NCBI RefSeq assembly: GCF_006345805.1
Contig: NC_043009.1
Coordinates: 4,588,001-4,652,000 of the forward strand
DNA length: 64,000 bases
Origin: Octopus sinensis
Lineage: Eukaryota
Direction: 5' to 3'
The notes beneath the pieces are model-generated. The model did not search any database. It had not been told where the DNA came from and worked only from the letters and a program-made list of their open reading frames with translations. Both the position numbers and the translations under genes were made by a program. Shown here piece by piece: positions 31,649 to 43,274 of the stretch; positions within the stretch are counted from its first letter, which is position 1; every line of letters begins with the position of its first letter.

Positions 31649-31898
31649 GTTCCTGATCGAGCCATGCCAGGATCATAAGGGCCGGTTTCCCGGTTTCAAT
31701 GGCATAGAAATTCCCTACCTGGACGGGACGCCGGTCCGTCGCAGGATTACTCATTTTCGCCAGCCTGAGTGTGGACTGGAGCAACGTGAAGTGAAGTGTT
31801 TTGCTCAAGAACACAACGCATCGCCCGCTCCAGGAATCGAAACCACAACCTTACGATCATAAGTTCAAAACCCTAACCACTAAGCCACGCGACTCCAC
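31649..31898 (-). mobile_element. tRNA-derived SINE, family C variant
   Basis: Head gtggagtcgcgtggcttagtggttaggg, B box gtttcgattcc, same core; 12-bp TSD TCCCACCAGTAT (31637-31648, 31899-31910). Confidence 0.85.
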
Positions 31899-32657
31899 TC
31901 CCACCAGTATCGATCCACTCAAATACCAGTGTTGATTTATTCGACTAATCATTTCCTTCTAAACTGATGACCATGTACCCAAATCAGAAGCCATTATTAT
32001 TATCGATAAAATAAAGTTCTAGTCAAGTCCTGGAATCAATGGAATCGAATTTTACCCAGAGTTGGAAATTGCTGGCATTGTGACAAAATTAGAAAAACAT
32101 TATTATGTCTATTAACATTTTTGTTCGGTAGAAGTGATAAAATGACTCAAGAGCCGAGAGTTTCGTGCATGCTACTTAATGAGTTCTATCTTATTTGTGC
32201 TACCAAACGTCTCATGCATGCATACACACACGCACGCAAGCACGCCCATGCGCGCCCGGGGACACTCATTTCACGGAATAGACTCTCACGCACAGAGATA
32301 CAATTCTGCAATAATATATGTAGAAGCCCTGAAATTTCTGATGACAAATAAGTCGATTAAAGCCAAACCCCCCTCCCCTGTGCTGAATTGGTCCTTATTT
32401 GATCGACTTCAAAGACACAGTCCTCCTCGGTGGAATTTGAACTAAGAACGTAAAGACGGAAGAAATGCCGTGGTGCTAACGGATGCTGTAAGCTCTCCGA
32501 ATCGTTTGTGATATTTGCGCTGGCAGTTTTTAAAGGAGAAAACTTTGGTATGGACGCTTGAATTTGAGCGTTTTCTATAATATCGACCATCGAGCCCGAA
32601 GGATGAAAGGGAAAACTTAGGATTCTCTGATAAGTTAATAAGTTAAATGAAACAGAC

Positions 32658-32709
<52 letters not shown>

Positions 32710-32760
32710 GGGCCGTGTGCATATGCGAATGTACATAATGTACGGCGAAATATCAGCTCA

Positions 32761-33122
32761 GAATCTTTTCGGTTTGAACGGCATTTTTTCTTGCCGTGAC
32801 ATATGAAATGGTCACCCATAATTATGACCCTAGAATCGATCTATTGCATTTCAATGTTTTAGAGTTAGGGTTAGGGGTGGGGGAATGGTATCTTTTTTTC
32901 TTCACAAATGTAAATAAACCCAATGTGTTTCTCAAACGAGGGACATATTCATACGGCACGGAATGATTTCACTTCAATAGACGTCATTGATTGGTTGAAA
33001 TTTCTGAAATTGAAGAAAGAAAAAGATGTTTTATAAACACATTCTACCAGTATACGAAGTTTAAAAGTGTTTAGTTACGTGGAAATTATTTCAAAAAACT
33101 GCCGTTCAAACCGAAAAGATCC
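32761..33122. mobile_element. MITE copy 1 (about 30-bp TIRs, internally shortened, opposite orientation to the other three)
   Basis: TIRs gaatcttttcggtttgaacggca / tgccgttcaaaccgaaaagatcc; internal TTAGGG; decayed TSD tcagctca / gatgctca. Confidence 0.85.
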
Positions 33123-34252
33123 GATGCTCACTCAAATATTCTCCATTACAACCATCTCCATTCTACCCTAAAACAAAAATGACAAAGTAAGACAAAAAAT
33201 AGTAAAATAATTAACTTAAATGAGTTGCGTTAATTGTATTCTACTTGAAATACGAACCACTTCCTTCGCATTCATTCTCTTGGCTGAAACAGTCTGTTTC
33301 ATTTAACTTATTAACTTATCAGAGAATCCTAAGTTTAAACACGCATCTCCTCTCACACATACACACACACAACGCTACATAGAAGAAAAAACCGACTTAC
33401 AGCTTTTCCTAGATGAGAGACTACATGAAATAAATGATTTGTATAGTGAGATTTATAAGTACGCGTATGAGGAACAGTTACTGTTAGTTTTATTTCTTAT
33501 TTCTGCTCACCGGATGAGCAATTTCACAGAACAATGCGTTATATATTCTACTTTAGAACTTAGTTGACTCATCTTCAATTTGATTCGACTTGTTATAAGT
33601 CAATCCAGTGCTTTACACTCTTAGCGGTGAGAATAGCTAATGTAAAGTCTATTTCAATATCACATTGCGTTGACTATGCAGCTTTTCATTTAAACATCAG
33701 GTAGACTCACGAACGAACAATTAATACGTGAATCTTAACAGGATCTCTTTTCGGATTGTTTTTTTTTTTTCATACACGTTGAACGAATGAACAGTAGTAT
33801 GCCTTTGACTGTTGTTCGGAGATCAATTTTTTTTTATAGTGTAGGCAGGTAATCCATAATGTTGTATCAAACACCATAGATATAAGTCAGACCGACCGTC
33901 GTTCAGAACAACAGAACAACAAAACAACATGGTCGTAGTGCTAGCTTACACTTTTTTTTGTTCTCTTGTGTCTTTAGATTGTGTTTCATTCATTTTGTTT
34001 CATTAAAAACATCAAAGCAACTCATGCACACACAGACACAAACACACACACACACACACACATACACACACAAGCACACACAAGCACACACACACACACA
34101 CATACACATACATACACACACACACACGCGTAAGTACCTCAATGCATCTCCCACTCTCAATCTATCTATCTCTCCCTCATATATATATATAAAATATCTA
34201 TGTATAATATATATATATTTTTAAGATATATAAGTATATATATATATATTTG

Positions 34253-34302
<50 letters not shown>

Positions 34303-34308
34303 TAAAAT

Positions 34309-34354
<46 letters not shown>

Positions 34355-34416
34355 TATGAATATATATATAATATACATGTATATATATATATAATATATA
34401 TGAATATATATAAAAT

Positions 34417-34454
<38 letters not shown>

Positions 34455-35115
34455 TATGAATATATGTAATATACATGTATATATATATATATAATATGTG
34501 TACATATATGTATATATACATATATATGCGTGTATATATATAAAATATATAGATATGTATATATGTACACACACACACATATGTATATATATAAAGAGAG
34601 AAAGTGAGAGGAGGTGTGATCGTGAGAATTCATCCATTAATGCTTCCGCTTCCTACTCTATTGTTCTGTGACCATCCATTACGTTTACATACATACGTAT
34701 TGCGCACACGTAGACACACTGATACGCCGCTACACATGTTCTATTTATCTCTTAATCTAGTTATCCATATCGCAAACTTTATATCTGTCAATCAGTAAAT
34801 GTAGTCTCATCTCTTTGTATACGAGTATATAAGCACTGGCGTAGATTTGTAAAGAGAAGACCATGGAAAGAGACAGATAAACGATATGTGGATGAGAGAG
34901 AGAGAGAGGAAGATGAAAAGAAAGAAGTATTGGTGCGCGGTGCTAATCGAACAAGCTGTATAGATAGATAGTCAGACAGATAAATAGATAGATGGATAGA
35001 CAAACAGACATCGAATCTCCTAACGAGGATCGGAGATCTATTTTTGACCGTTTTGTTCAGTTTATGCATTTGCACACACACACACAGCTTATGAATATAT
35101 ATTTTTTATGTATGC

Positions 35116-35191
<76 letters not shown>

Positions 35192-35370
35192 TATATATAA
35201 TGTATGTACCTCTCTCTTTCTTTCTCTCTGTATATATATATATATATATGTATATTTATATAGTTTATGTATGTATATATATATGTATTATGTATTTGTG
35301 TTTATATATACATATATATAGTTTATGTATGGGTGTTTTTATATATATATATAGTTTATGTGTGTGTGTG

Positions 35371-35405
<35 letters not shown>

Positions 35406-35489
35406 TATATATATATATATATATATATGCTTCATCTTGATAGTGGTCCCACTAACACACACACACACAAATACACACACACATGCTTC

Positions 35490-37080
35490 ATCCTAACAGA
35501 TGGTAACCGTCCCATCAACGCACACACCACAGCACAGTTTCTCCGTTTATGAACCCTCAGATGACTTTTAAGACCAGCGGCTGACTGACAAACATTTAAA
35601 ACACGAGTGACAGCTATGCAGGTTTCTTCTACATATTTGCCTATTGGAATCCAATTCTGAAGGAATGTTCTTTTTGTGTGTACTAGTATGTCTTTTAAGT
35701 CCAGATATTGTCTAACAAATTTTGTGATATATAAACCAAGTTGCAAGGGGCGGTTGCGGCTCAAGATTATTACCTACCTGGACATTTCGATTTTCATGTG
35801 ACTTTATATGATTCACGAATCCTGCTTTGGACAACAGAAGACGATCTCATACAGTACATACACAAAATTCTCTGTTGGTTTCAGTTCCAATTGTTCCTTT
35901 CTGACAGGATCTTTTAAGCTCAGAGCGCTGAACCATCCTTCCCTCCCAACCGTTGCAACCCTTCCTAACAGCACCTCTCCACTTGTTCCGATCCGGAGCA
36001 TCCATTTCTCAATCACTTTTGTTCATATCTAGTTTCTTCAGGTTTTTCATCACACAGTCATTATTCCTTCTTCCTCGGCTTATGTTGTGATCGCTTATGT
36101 TGTGTGTTGATCTTACCGTAAAACGGCGCTTTGGCAATCGTCTTTCGTTCTAATAACATGCCCAACCCATCTCATTTGAGCCAAGGGGACATGTTGTTCA
36201 ACTGAGCAACAACTTGCCATGCAGAAAATATATGTATCTGGTATGAAACATTCCCACTTGATCTCAAGATACGTCTGAGGGACTTTTAATGAAATCTCTC
36301 CAGCATTTTCATATGACCATTGTAAGTAGTCAACGTCTCTCTCGAATACAGAAGTGCAGTTAATACACACGTTTTATAGACACTGATTTTTGTCTGCAAG
36401 GAAATACCTCTATCCGCCCTTGCTCGGGCTTTCCGAATGCTACACTTCCCTAGCATATGTCTTTTAAGTCCAGATATTTATTGTCCAACAAGTTTTGCGA
36501 TGTATGACACAAGTCGCAAGAGATTATTAACTACCTGGACATTTCGATAGTATATTTCTGCATCAAGACCACCATCTCTTGACAGTATACTTCTAAGGTA
36601 AACAAAAGTTTACCTTGTTCTGTTTACGAAAATGTTTGATTCAGAATATGTTTGTCCTGGCGCGGGAGTAAATATTACTTCGGTTTCCCCAAGACCAATT
36701 GTGAGTCCGATATGTTCACATGCAGTGGAAAATCTGTCCATTATGTGTTGCATATCCTCCCCTGAGTGTGCCAACAAATCAGCACCATCTCAAATGAGAT
36801 GGGCTGGACACGTTATTAGAATGAAAGATGAGAGATTCTCAAACCGCCCTTTTACGGTAAGCCCAATTCTCTCTGACAAATGTTTTGAAAGTCTTTGCTT
36901 TGCAGATAAACCGGCTAAGATAAAAAATGCGACCATATATCCAAAATCTTATTCCAATTTCTCTGTTGCCAGCCTTGAAAGCGTACCAAAGCAATACAGC
37001 ATAATAAATAGAGAAAACGTAGAGACAGGAATATCTCCCTGTTTGACACCGTTGTACACCGAAAATTCGTGAGATAGCTC
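35490..37080 (-). mobile_element. Decayed, rearranged RTE-clade LINE (RT and C-terminal fragments)
   Basis: Minus-strand translations give SVYNGVKQG, LLAHSGEDMQHIMDRFSTACEHIGLTI...TEVI, QMRWVGHVIRTKDD, DRNKWRGAVRKG and zinc-finger-like SAAGLKSHLRVH; many stops and frameshifts. Confidence 0.85.
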
Positions 37081-37518
37081 ACCATTAAAGTCTACCTGAG
37101 CTAATATGTTTCTGTAATGAGAAAAGCAAGATAACTAGTACTATGTTGACTTCAGGTTTTATATTGGATTACCTTCTCCTAGGCTTTTCGTCAAAAGGAG
37201 ACTACAATCAGTAGTGGTAAATCAATTTAAATTCAGGGTTTTATTCTCCTATATTGGTGTCCTAATCACGGTTTCGTTCCAAATGAGGGCCCAATCTATC
37301 CTATCACACATTCATAGCTTTCATAATGCAGCTAATTAAGGGGACTGTCAGAGTCTCCTCCTAGAAGAGTTCCCTTTACCACGCCTAACGAGCTTCATCT
37401 ACCCCACACACACATACAAACAATCCATATATATATGTACACATATAAAAAAGATATGAAATTTAAAAAAAATTAAAATATAAAAAAATTAAAATATATT
37501 TAAAAATATAAATAAATA

Positions 37519-37567
<49 letters not shown>

Positions 37568-37579
37568 TATATGTGCACA

Positions 37580-37778
37580 TATTGTTGGGTGGACGTTACC
37601 TACTGATTAACTCTTCCACCCTTTGACAGGTCTTGGTTTCGACCTGTAGAGTGTCCAAAAATCACACTCCTCACCAAGCAAACTTGTTGGGGTTGCCGGT
37701 TTAGTCGCCGACAACAAGACCATGCAACAGGTTGTACAGAGTTACATGTTACCAGTAGCGCTCAAGAGCGACCTCACA

Positions 37779-37780
<2 letters not shown>
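37580..37780 (-). mobile_element. GC-richer interspersed-repeat segment, possibly a LINE UTR fragment linked to the adjacent RTE remnant
   Basis: Unique-looking GC-rich island between (TA)n tracts, upstream of and co-linear with the RTE fragments; assignment is from recollection only. Confidence 0.3.
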
Positions 37781-37821
<41 letters not shown>

Positions 37822-37910
37822 TTAGGGAGAAGTCACAAGAAAACAAAAAACGAAGACAGGTGGTGTAGACAAACAGATATTTTAGTTTAACTCTCGAGAA
37901 GTGACAAAAG

Positions 37911-37948
37911 TTTTTAACATTTCGAGCCTACGCTCTTCCACAGAAAGG
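37911..37948 (-). ncRNA. Degenerate minimal (Penelope-type) hammerhead remnant
   Basis: Minus strand cctttCTGTGGA-A-GAGC-gtag-GCTC-GAAA-tgtt-aaaaa: perfect 4-bp stem II, GAAA, short stem I; core position A6 is T. Confidence 0.5.
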
Positions 37949-38204
37949 AACACAGAAAGATTGCTTATGCATGTGTGTATATGCATATATATATTTATAT
38001 ATGTATATATATGAATATATATATATATATATATATGCATGTATATATATGTATATATATATATATGCATGTATATATATGTATATATATATATATGTAC
38101 AATTAAGGGCTCCTAAATAAGATGCCGAGTGCTGGGGACACAAAAAGGGGATGAATTTATCGAGAGTGGTGAAATCAAAAACGTTTACCGATAAACTTTA
38201 AACA

Positions 38205-38279
38205 ACTCGTACCGTACGGTTTCTGCTTCTTTCTAGCAAAACACAGAATATGTTTGCTAGGCTGGCTTCATCAGCGAGT
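38205..38279 (-). ncRNA. Type I hammerhead ribozyme motif, monomer 1
   Basis: Minus strand: ACTCG-CTGATGA-A-GC...(CTAGCAAA/TTTGCTAG hairpin)...GC-A-GAAA-CCGTACGG-TA-CGAGT. Intact CUGAUGA and GAAA cores, 5-bp stem I, palindromic stem III ACCGTACGGT, GUA cleavage triplet (cut after minus-strand base 38210). A.A mismatch at the base of stem II. Confidence 0.75.
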
Positions 38280-38640
38280 CGCCTGAATTAATCGAGGTCT
38301 GCAGCGATGTGGGGCTATATGTTAAACCCGACTACTAGCATAATCTTAACTTTTCAAATCTCTGCGCAGACGCAAAATTTACAGGGCATGCCGGGAAGAA
38401 TTTCACGGTAGAATTCATCATGTAGTATGCGAAAAAAGCAAGAAGGGAGTAATATTTTTACTACCAGGATGCCGCAGCACAAAAGACGAATGTCTATACA
38501 AAAATATTATTCATATAAAAATATATATTCATGTGGTTATACAATTAAGGGCTCCTAAATCAAGATGCCGAGTGCTGGGGACAAAAAGGGGATGAATTTA
38601 TCGAGAGTGAAATCAAAAACGTTTACCGATAACTTTAACA

Positions 38641-38714
38641 ACTCGTACCGCGGTTTCTGCTTCTTTCTAGCAAAACACAGAATATGTTTGCTAAGGCTGG
38701 CTTCATCAGCGAGT
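38641..38714 (-). ncRNA. Type I hammerhead ribozyme motif, monomer 2
   Basis: Same fold: ACTCG-CTGATGA...GAAA-CCGCGG-TA-CGAGT; stem III palindrome ACCGCGGT; predicted cut after minus-strand base 38646, 436 nt from the first site. Confidence 0.75.
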
Positions 38715-39284
38715 CGCCTGAATTTAATCGAGGTCTGCAGCGATGTGGGCTATATGTTAACACCCGACTACTACAGATCTTAACTTTTCAAATCTCTGCG
38801 CAGACGCAAAAATTTACACGGGCATGCCGGAAGAATTTTACGAATAAATTCATCATGTAGTATGCGAATATAAGCAAGAAGGGTAGTAATATTATTTACT
38901 ACCAGTTGCCCAGCACAAAAGACGAATTAGTCATAAGACAAAAATATTATTCATATAGAAAATATTATTCATGTGGTTATACAATAAGGGCTCCTAAATA
39001 AAGATGCCGAGTGCTGGGGACACAAACCGCGGTACGAGTTGTAAAGTTATCGGTAAACGTTTTTGATTTTCACTCTCGATGAATTCATCCCCTTTTTGTG
39101 TCCCCAGCACTCGGCATCTTTATTAGGAGCCCTTAATTGTATAACCACATGAATAATATTTTTCTATATGAATAATATTTTTGTCTTATGACTAATTCGT
39201 CTTTTGTGCTGGGCACCTGGTAGTAAATAATATTACTCCCCTTCTTGCTTATATTCGTACATATATATGTATTATATATATATG

Positions 39285-39333
<49 letters not shown>

Positions 39334-40059
39334 GTTTATGTGTTATATATATATGCCTATGTATATACTATATCTATAATGTGTTGTATACATACATATA
39401 TATATATTATATTATATATATATCAAATTTAAGCATGTATGTGTGTATATGTGTCTGTGTGTATTATGTATGTGTAATATATATATAATTCTTGTATGTA
39501 TTTACACGCTTGGTAGATGTTTGTGCGTATACGTTTATAGCCACGACTTTTGTAGTCTTTACAATTGTAAAGAATGCAGTCATGTCTGAGAACGGGAAGT
39601 AAAGGTTACTGTGGGTGGCATGCCTATAACAAATTGTGTACTGCACCCTTCATCATGAAGCAAGAGAAGTCACTGTCCTGACAGGAAGCCATTAGCTGCA
39701 TTGATGCGGATGTCATCACTAATGCGTGCTGTCAACACGCACAATACTTGACGTCTTAGCAGTACCTTTAGAAGGCCAGTACAAGAGTAGGACAGAATAC
39801 AACATACACACGATAAAGTGAAATAAACGGAGAGAGAGAGAGAGAGAGAGAGAAGAAAAAGTATAAGAGAGAGAGAGATAGAGTGAGAGAAAAAGAAAGA
39901 AGTTAAAGAGAAGCGGACTAGCAATAGAGTGATGGAGGAAGAGAGAAACGGGAATCAGAAAGAGAAAAAGAAACTACTTTAGCGCTGAGTTAAGCATTCC
40001 TGAAGATATGAATGTATGTACGTGCATGTAACACGCATGCGTGTATCTGAGTAATATAT

Positions 40060-40118
<59 letters not shown>

Positions 40119-41619
40119 TAATATATATATAATATTATATATATATATATATATACACACACTTATATACATTACATACATACGCAGACCATACACACAC
40201 ATATATACAAACACACACATAAAATGTAATGATTGATTAGAGGCCAATGTGTGCTCACGTTTGTGTGTACAGGTATATGTGTGTTACTATGTACGATAGA
40301 AAATTTATTAAAATAAAAGAGCTGATTTAATAAAGAGATATGTAAAGTATCTACCTTTCTATATGTCTGTCTTCAACCACCTCATTATTTTCATCTATTC
40401 TCTCACTTTCTCCTTCTGCACCTCCTTTTATACTGCACCCATACTCTACTCTCATGGCATGCTTATATAATCACTTTTTCATTTCATAATACTTAAAATT
40501 GACATAAGCATTGATATGGTCACATATACACACAAACACACAGCCTACTCTTGCACGCGGCTCTTTCCACTTCTGCAGTTGTCCACCATTTTTGCTCTAC
40601 ACAATTTTGAATGTAAAATAAATAATCCGTTAAGAAAACGGCTTTGTATAATAATGCTCCGAAACAGTACGATAGATAATATACCAGGTTACTGACTGAT
40701 TATTCACGATTTCCTATGCCATAGTGGCTGTAGTAATAGTTTTACTAATCTTATAGTAACGCAAGGTACAAGAGATGGTGTTACTTTCCTTCATGGCCAC
40801 AAAATAGATCAGAATTAGGTATTTATCTTTGTTCAGAGAGCGTTCTGTTCGTCATTTATATAACTCGTCAATTTTGGAGAATATTTAGAATATAATTTTA
40901 TGCGTTAAGATTACCATGATCGATTTATCTAATCAATCAGAAAGACTGAGCAATGTCCATAAACTTCGAGCTCCTCCTCGTATTTGATCAAATCCCTACC
41001 TGAAACATCAGCTGATCGATATTTATAGGGAAAAATACGAGCTGATAAAGAACCGGTTGTGTGATCCAAACCTTTGCAATACTAAATATACAAATATCAA
41101 AAAACTTCGTTAAAATCACCCACTGACTATTTGGTGATGCTTTAGCTTTTGGTATCTCTTTAGGCCTACTAGATCTAGTATTATCTAGTATTTGCGTATG
41201 AGTGGGAGTAACTTTATGTTTATGGGGGTGTATATGTATGTACGAAAGAAAAAAACTAATCGCTTGTAGTTTATCCAGACCAGTTTGGCCTTTCATTCGT
41301 TGAATCATATTGAATCCAGAGATATCATCCTTGTAATCAGTGTTTGTGGAAAATTGCATATAAGAATCTCAAGTGATATACATATGCACGTGCGCACATG
41401 TGTGTGTATGTATGTGTTTGTGTACTGTCTTCACTACTGATTATGCAATTATACTTTTGTCTAATGAGTGACAGATTTATAATATGTCTAATGATGTATC
41501 GTGTGATTAACTTTGTCTCATTTAGCCTTACGGTTCATTGGTTAATGCATTCCCTGGGGATTTCTATAAAACATTATGAAGAACTAACGCTGAATCCAGT
41601 TAGACACGTGGGTGAGTGT

Positions 41620-41714
41620 GTAGGCGTGGAAGTGCTGTGTGGAAGAAGCGTGCTTCCAAACCACATGGTTCCGAGTTCAGTCTCACTGCGTGGTACGTTG
41701 GGCAAGTGTCTTCT

Positions 41715-41794
<80 letters not shown>

Positions 41795-41945
41795 GTTCCG
41801 TGTTTGTCCTCCTACCATAGCTTGACAACCGATGTTGGTGTGTTTAGCGGTTTGTAACAAGACACCGATAGAATAAGTACTAGGCTTACAAAGACTAAGG
41901 CCTAATGTCAATTCGCTCGACTATACACGGTGCTCCAGCATGGCT
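41620..41945 (+). mobile_element. SINE family B
   Basis: Head, internal (TA)n(TG)n, 3' gctccagcatggctgca. Confidence 0.8.
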
Positions 41946-42246
41946 GCATTTGAAACCTTACCTTTTACAAAGTGGAAACACTGACAGGCAATGTGGTCGA
42001 GTATTTCCTATATATGAATAAAGTATGATATAATCACAACTTATTCGCCATTGTTTATACGCATGCTCAACAGCAACAGCAGCAAAATCGACTTATAAAC
42101 ATATCTGGGTCTGGAGATTTACATCAAAATAGCTTCACGAGGTTAACTCGTTTTTCTTATCTCTCATTCTTTTCCATATACATCAAAATTACTAAAATGC
42201 AGTTATTGTTATCTAACTCATATGTTTTGTTATTTTTGTTCATCAG

Positions 42247-42550
42247 ATAACGAAGCTACAAAAGCTTACAGACAAAGACAACCATGCCGGTTCCTCGAAG
42301 AATTTGCTAGCATCCATAAGTGGAAGGATTTGACTGGACGTTATATTATTGAAGTGGAAGACAACATGAACGTCTTCCGAATTAAGGATAACATTCATGG
42401 ACTTAGTGAGGTGCCGCGGGACTGTAGCCACGGTCCGAAAGCTTTCCCATATGAAGTTCGGAGGTCTGAAATTCGACTGGTTTCACGCTGTGTATCACTG
42501 AAGGAGGGGACAAAAAATACATTCCTCACTTACACTACCAACGACTCTTG
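42247..42550 (+). CDS. Exon D: (N)NEATKAYRQRQPCRFLEEFASIHKWKDLTGRY...SRCVSLKEGTKNTFLTYTTNDS (DUF7043-like repeat start)
   Basis: Acceptor ttgttatttttgttcatcAG (42245-42246); donor GTaagt at 42551; 304 nt open frame, phase 1 to phase 2 ending in TG. Confidence 0.92.
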
Positions 42551-43274
42551 GTAAGTTTATTGTCTTATTATCATATCATTCCCTTTGTATTTCATCCTTT
42601 CGGGGTCGTTGAAAATTATACTGAATCCAGGCAAAAATGTCACGGTTATAAAGTCACATGAGTTATGTCTGGGGGCGGTTCCGAGGGGGCTTTGTCCTTG
42701 GAGTTCTTGCCCGGAACCCATAAATTAATTGTGACTTCTTTTCCTGTGACATTTTTCCTAGCCAAAATTGTAACTTTATTTCTGTGAATTTTTTTCCTGT
42801 GACTGTATTACGGGTAACCATTATATCACCTGAACACTGGAGTTAATGCAATTCACTAACTCCTGTCTGCCAAAATTTCAAGACTTGTGCTTACAATAGA
42901 AAGAATTGTATTTTCCACACTGTCTGTTGCGTTTCCATTCTACTACGTTTCTTTGAAAATCATCTCATCTACGTTAATCGTCATCGTCTGGTCGTGCAAA
43001 TTGCCCGGACAAGTATCGAAACTTGATCTAACAATCTAACAATCACTTTTCGACATTTTCATGTGTTTTTACTCTATGATATTACTGTTGATATACACAT
43101 ACCTTCATCAGAAGGTAAATAGGCCAGTCAGGGTTAGAAAACCTTAGGTAATAAACTTATTTAGCTAGCTATATCATAAAACTGAGCTACAACAGTTGAA
43201 TATTTTTGGAAAGTCACGCACGGGAGGTAAATTTTGATGTAAAAGAAAAACATAAATCTGAAAGTAAAGAAAAT

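Larger units (their letters stand above)
38101..39256 (-). mobile_element. Non-LTR retrozyme-like tandem array (about 440-bp monomer x2, a partial third, and an inverted roughly 230-bp tail)
   Basis: Monomer starts aattaagggctcc at 38101 and 38543, and aataagggctcc at 38983; inverted segment about 39024-39256; one hammerhead per full monomer; inserted in a (TA)n tract with GTAC on both sides (38097-38100, 39257-39260). Confidence 0.7.

Noticed and set aside
38565-38783. 72-aa ORF in the tandem array
   Set aside because: The frame is not preserved in the neighbouring monomer because of indels; the element appears non-coding
38101-39256. CRISPR-like or plain satellite interpretation of the array
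   Set aside because: Eukaryotic context with no repeat-spacer alternation; the per-monomer hammerhead explains it better than a neutral satellite
39670-39924. Antisense ORF ending VLLRRQ...LSGQ as a nested gene exon
   Set aside because: Begins in (TC)n, with no partner exons or recognisable motif
40988-41359. 123-aa minus-strand ORF
   Set aside because: No recognisable domain or splice signals; possibly decayed transposon sequence
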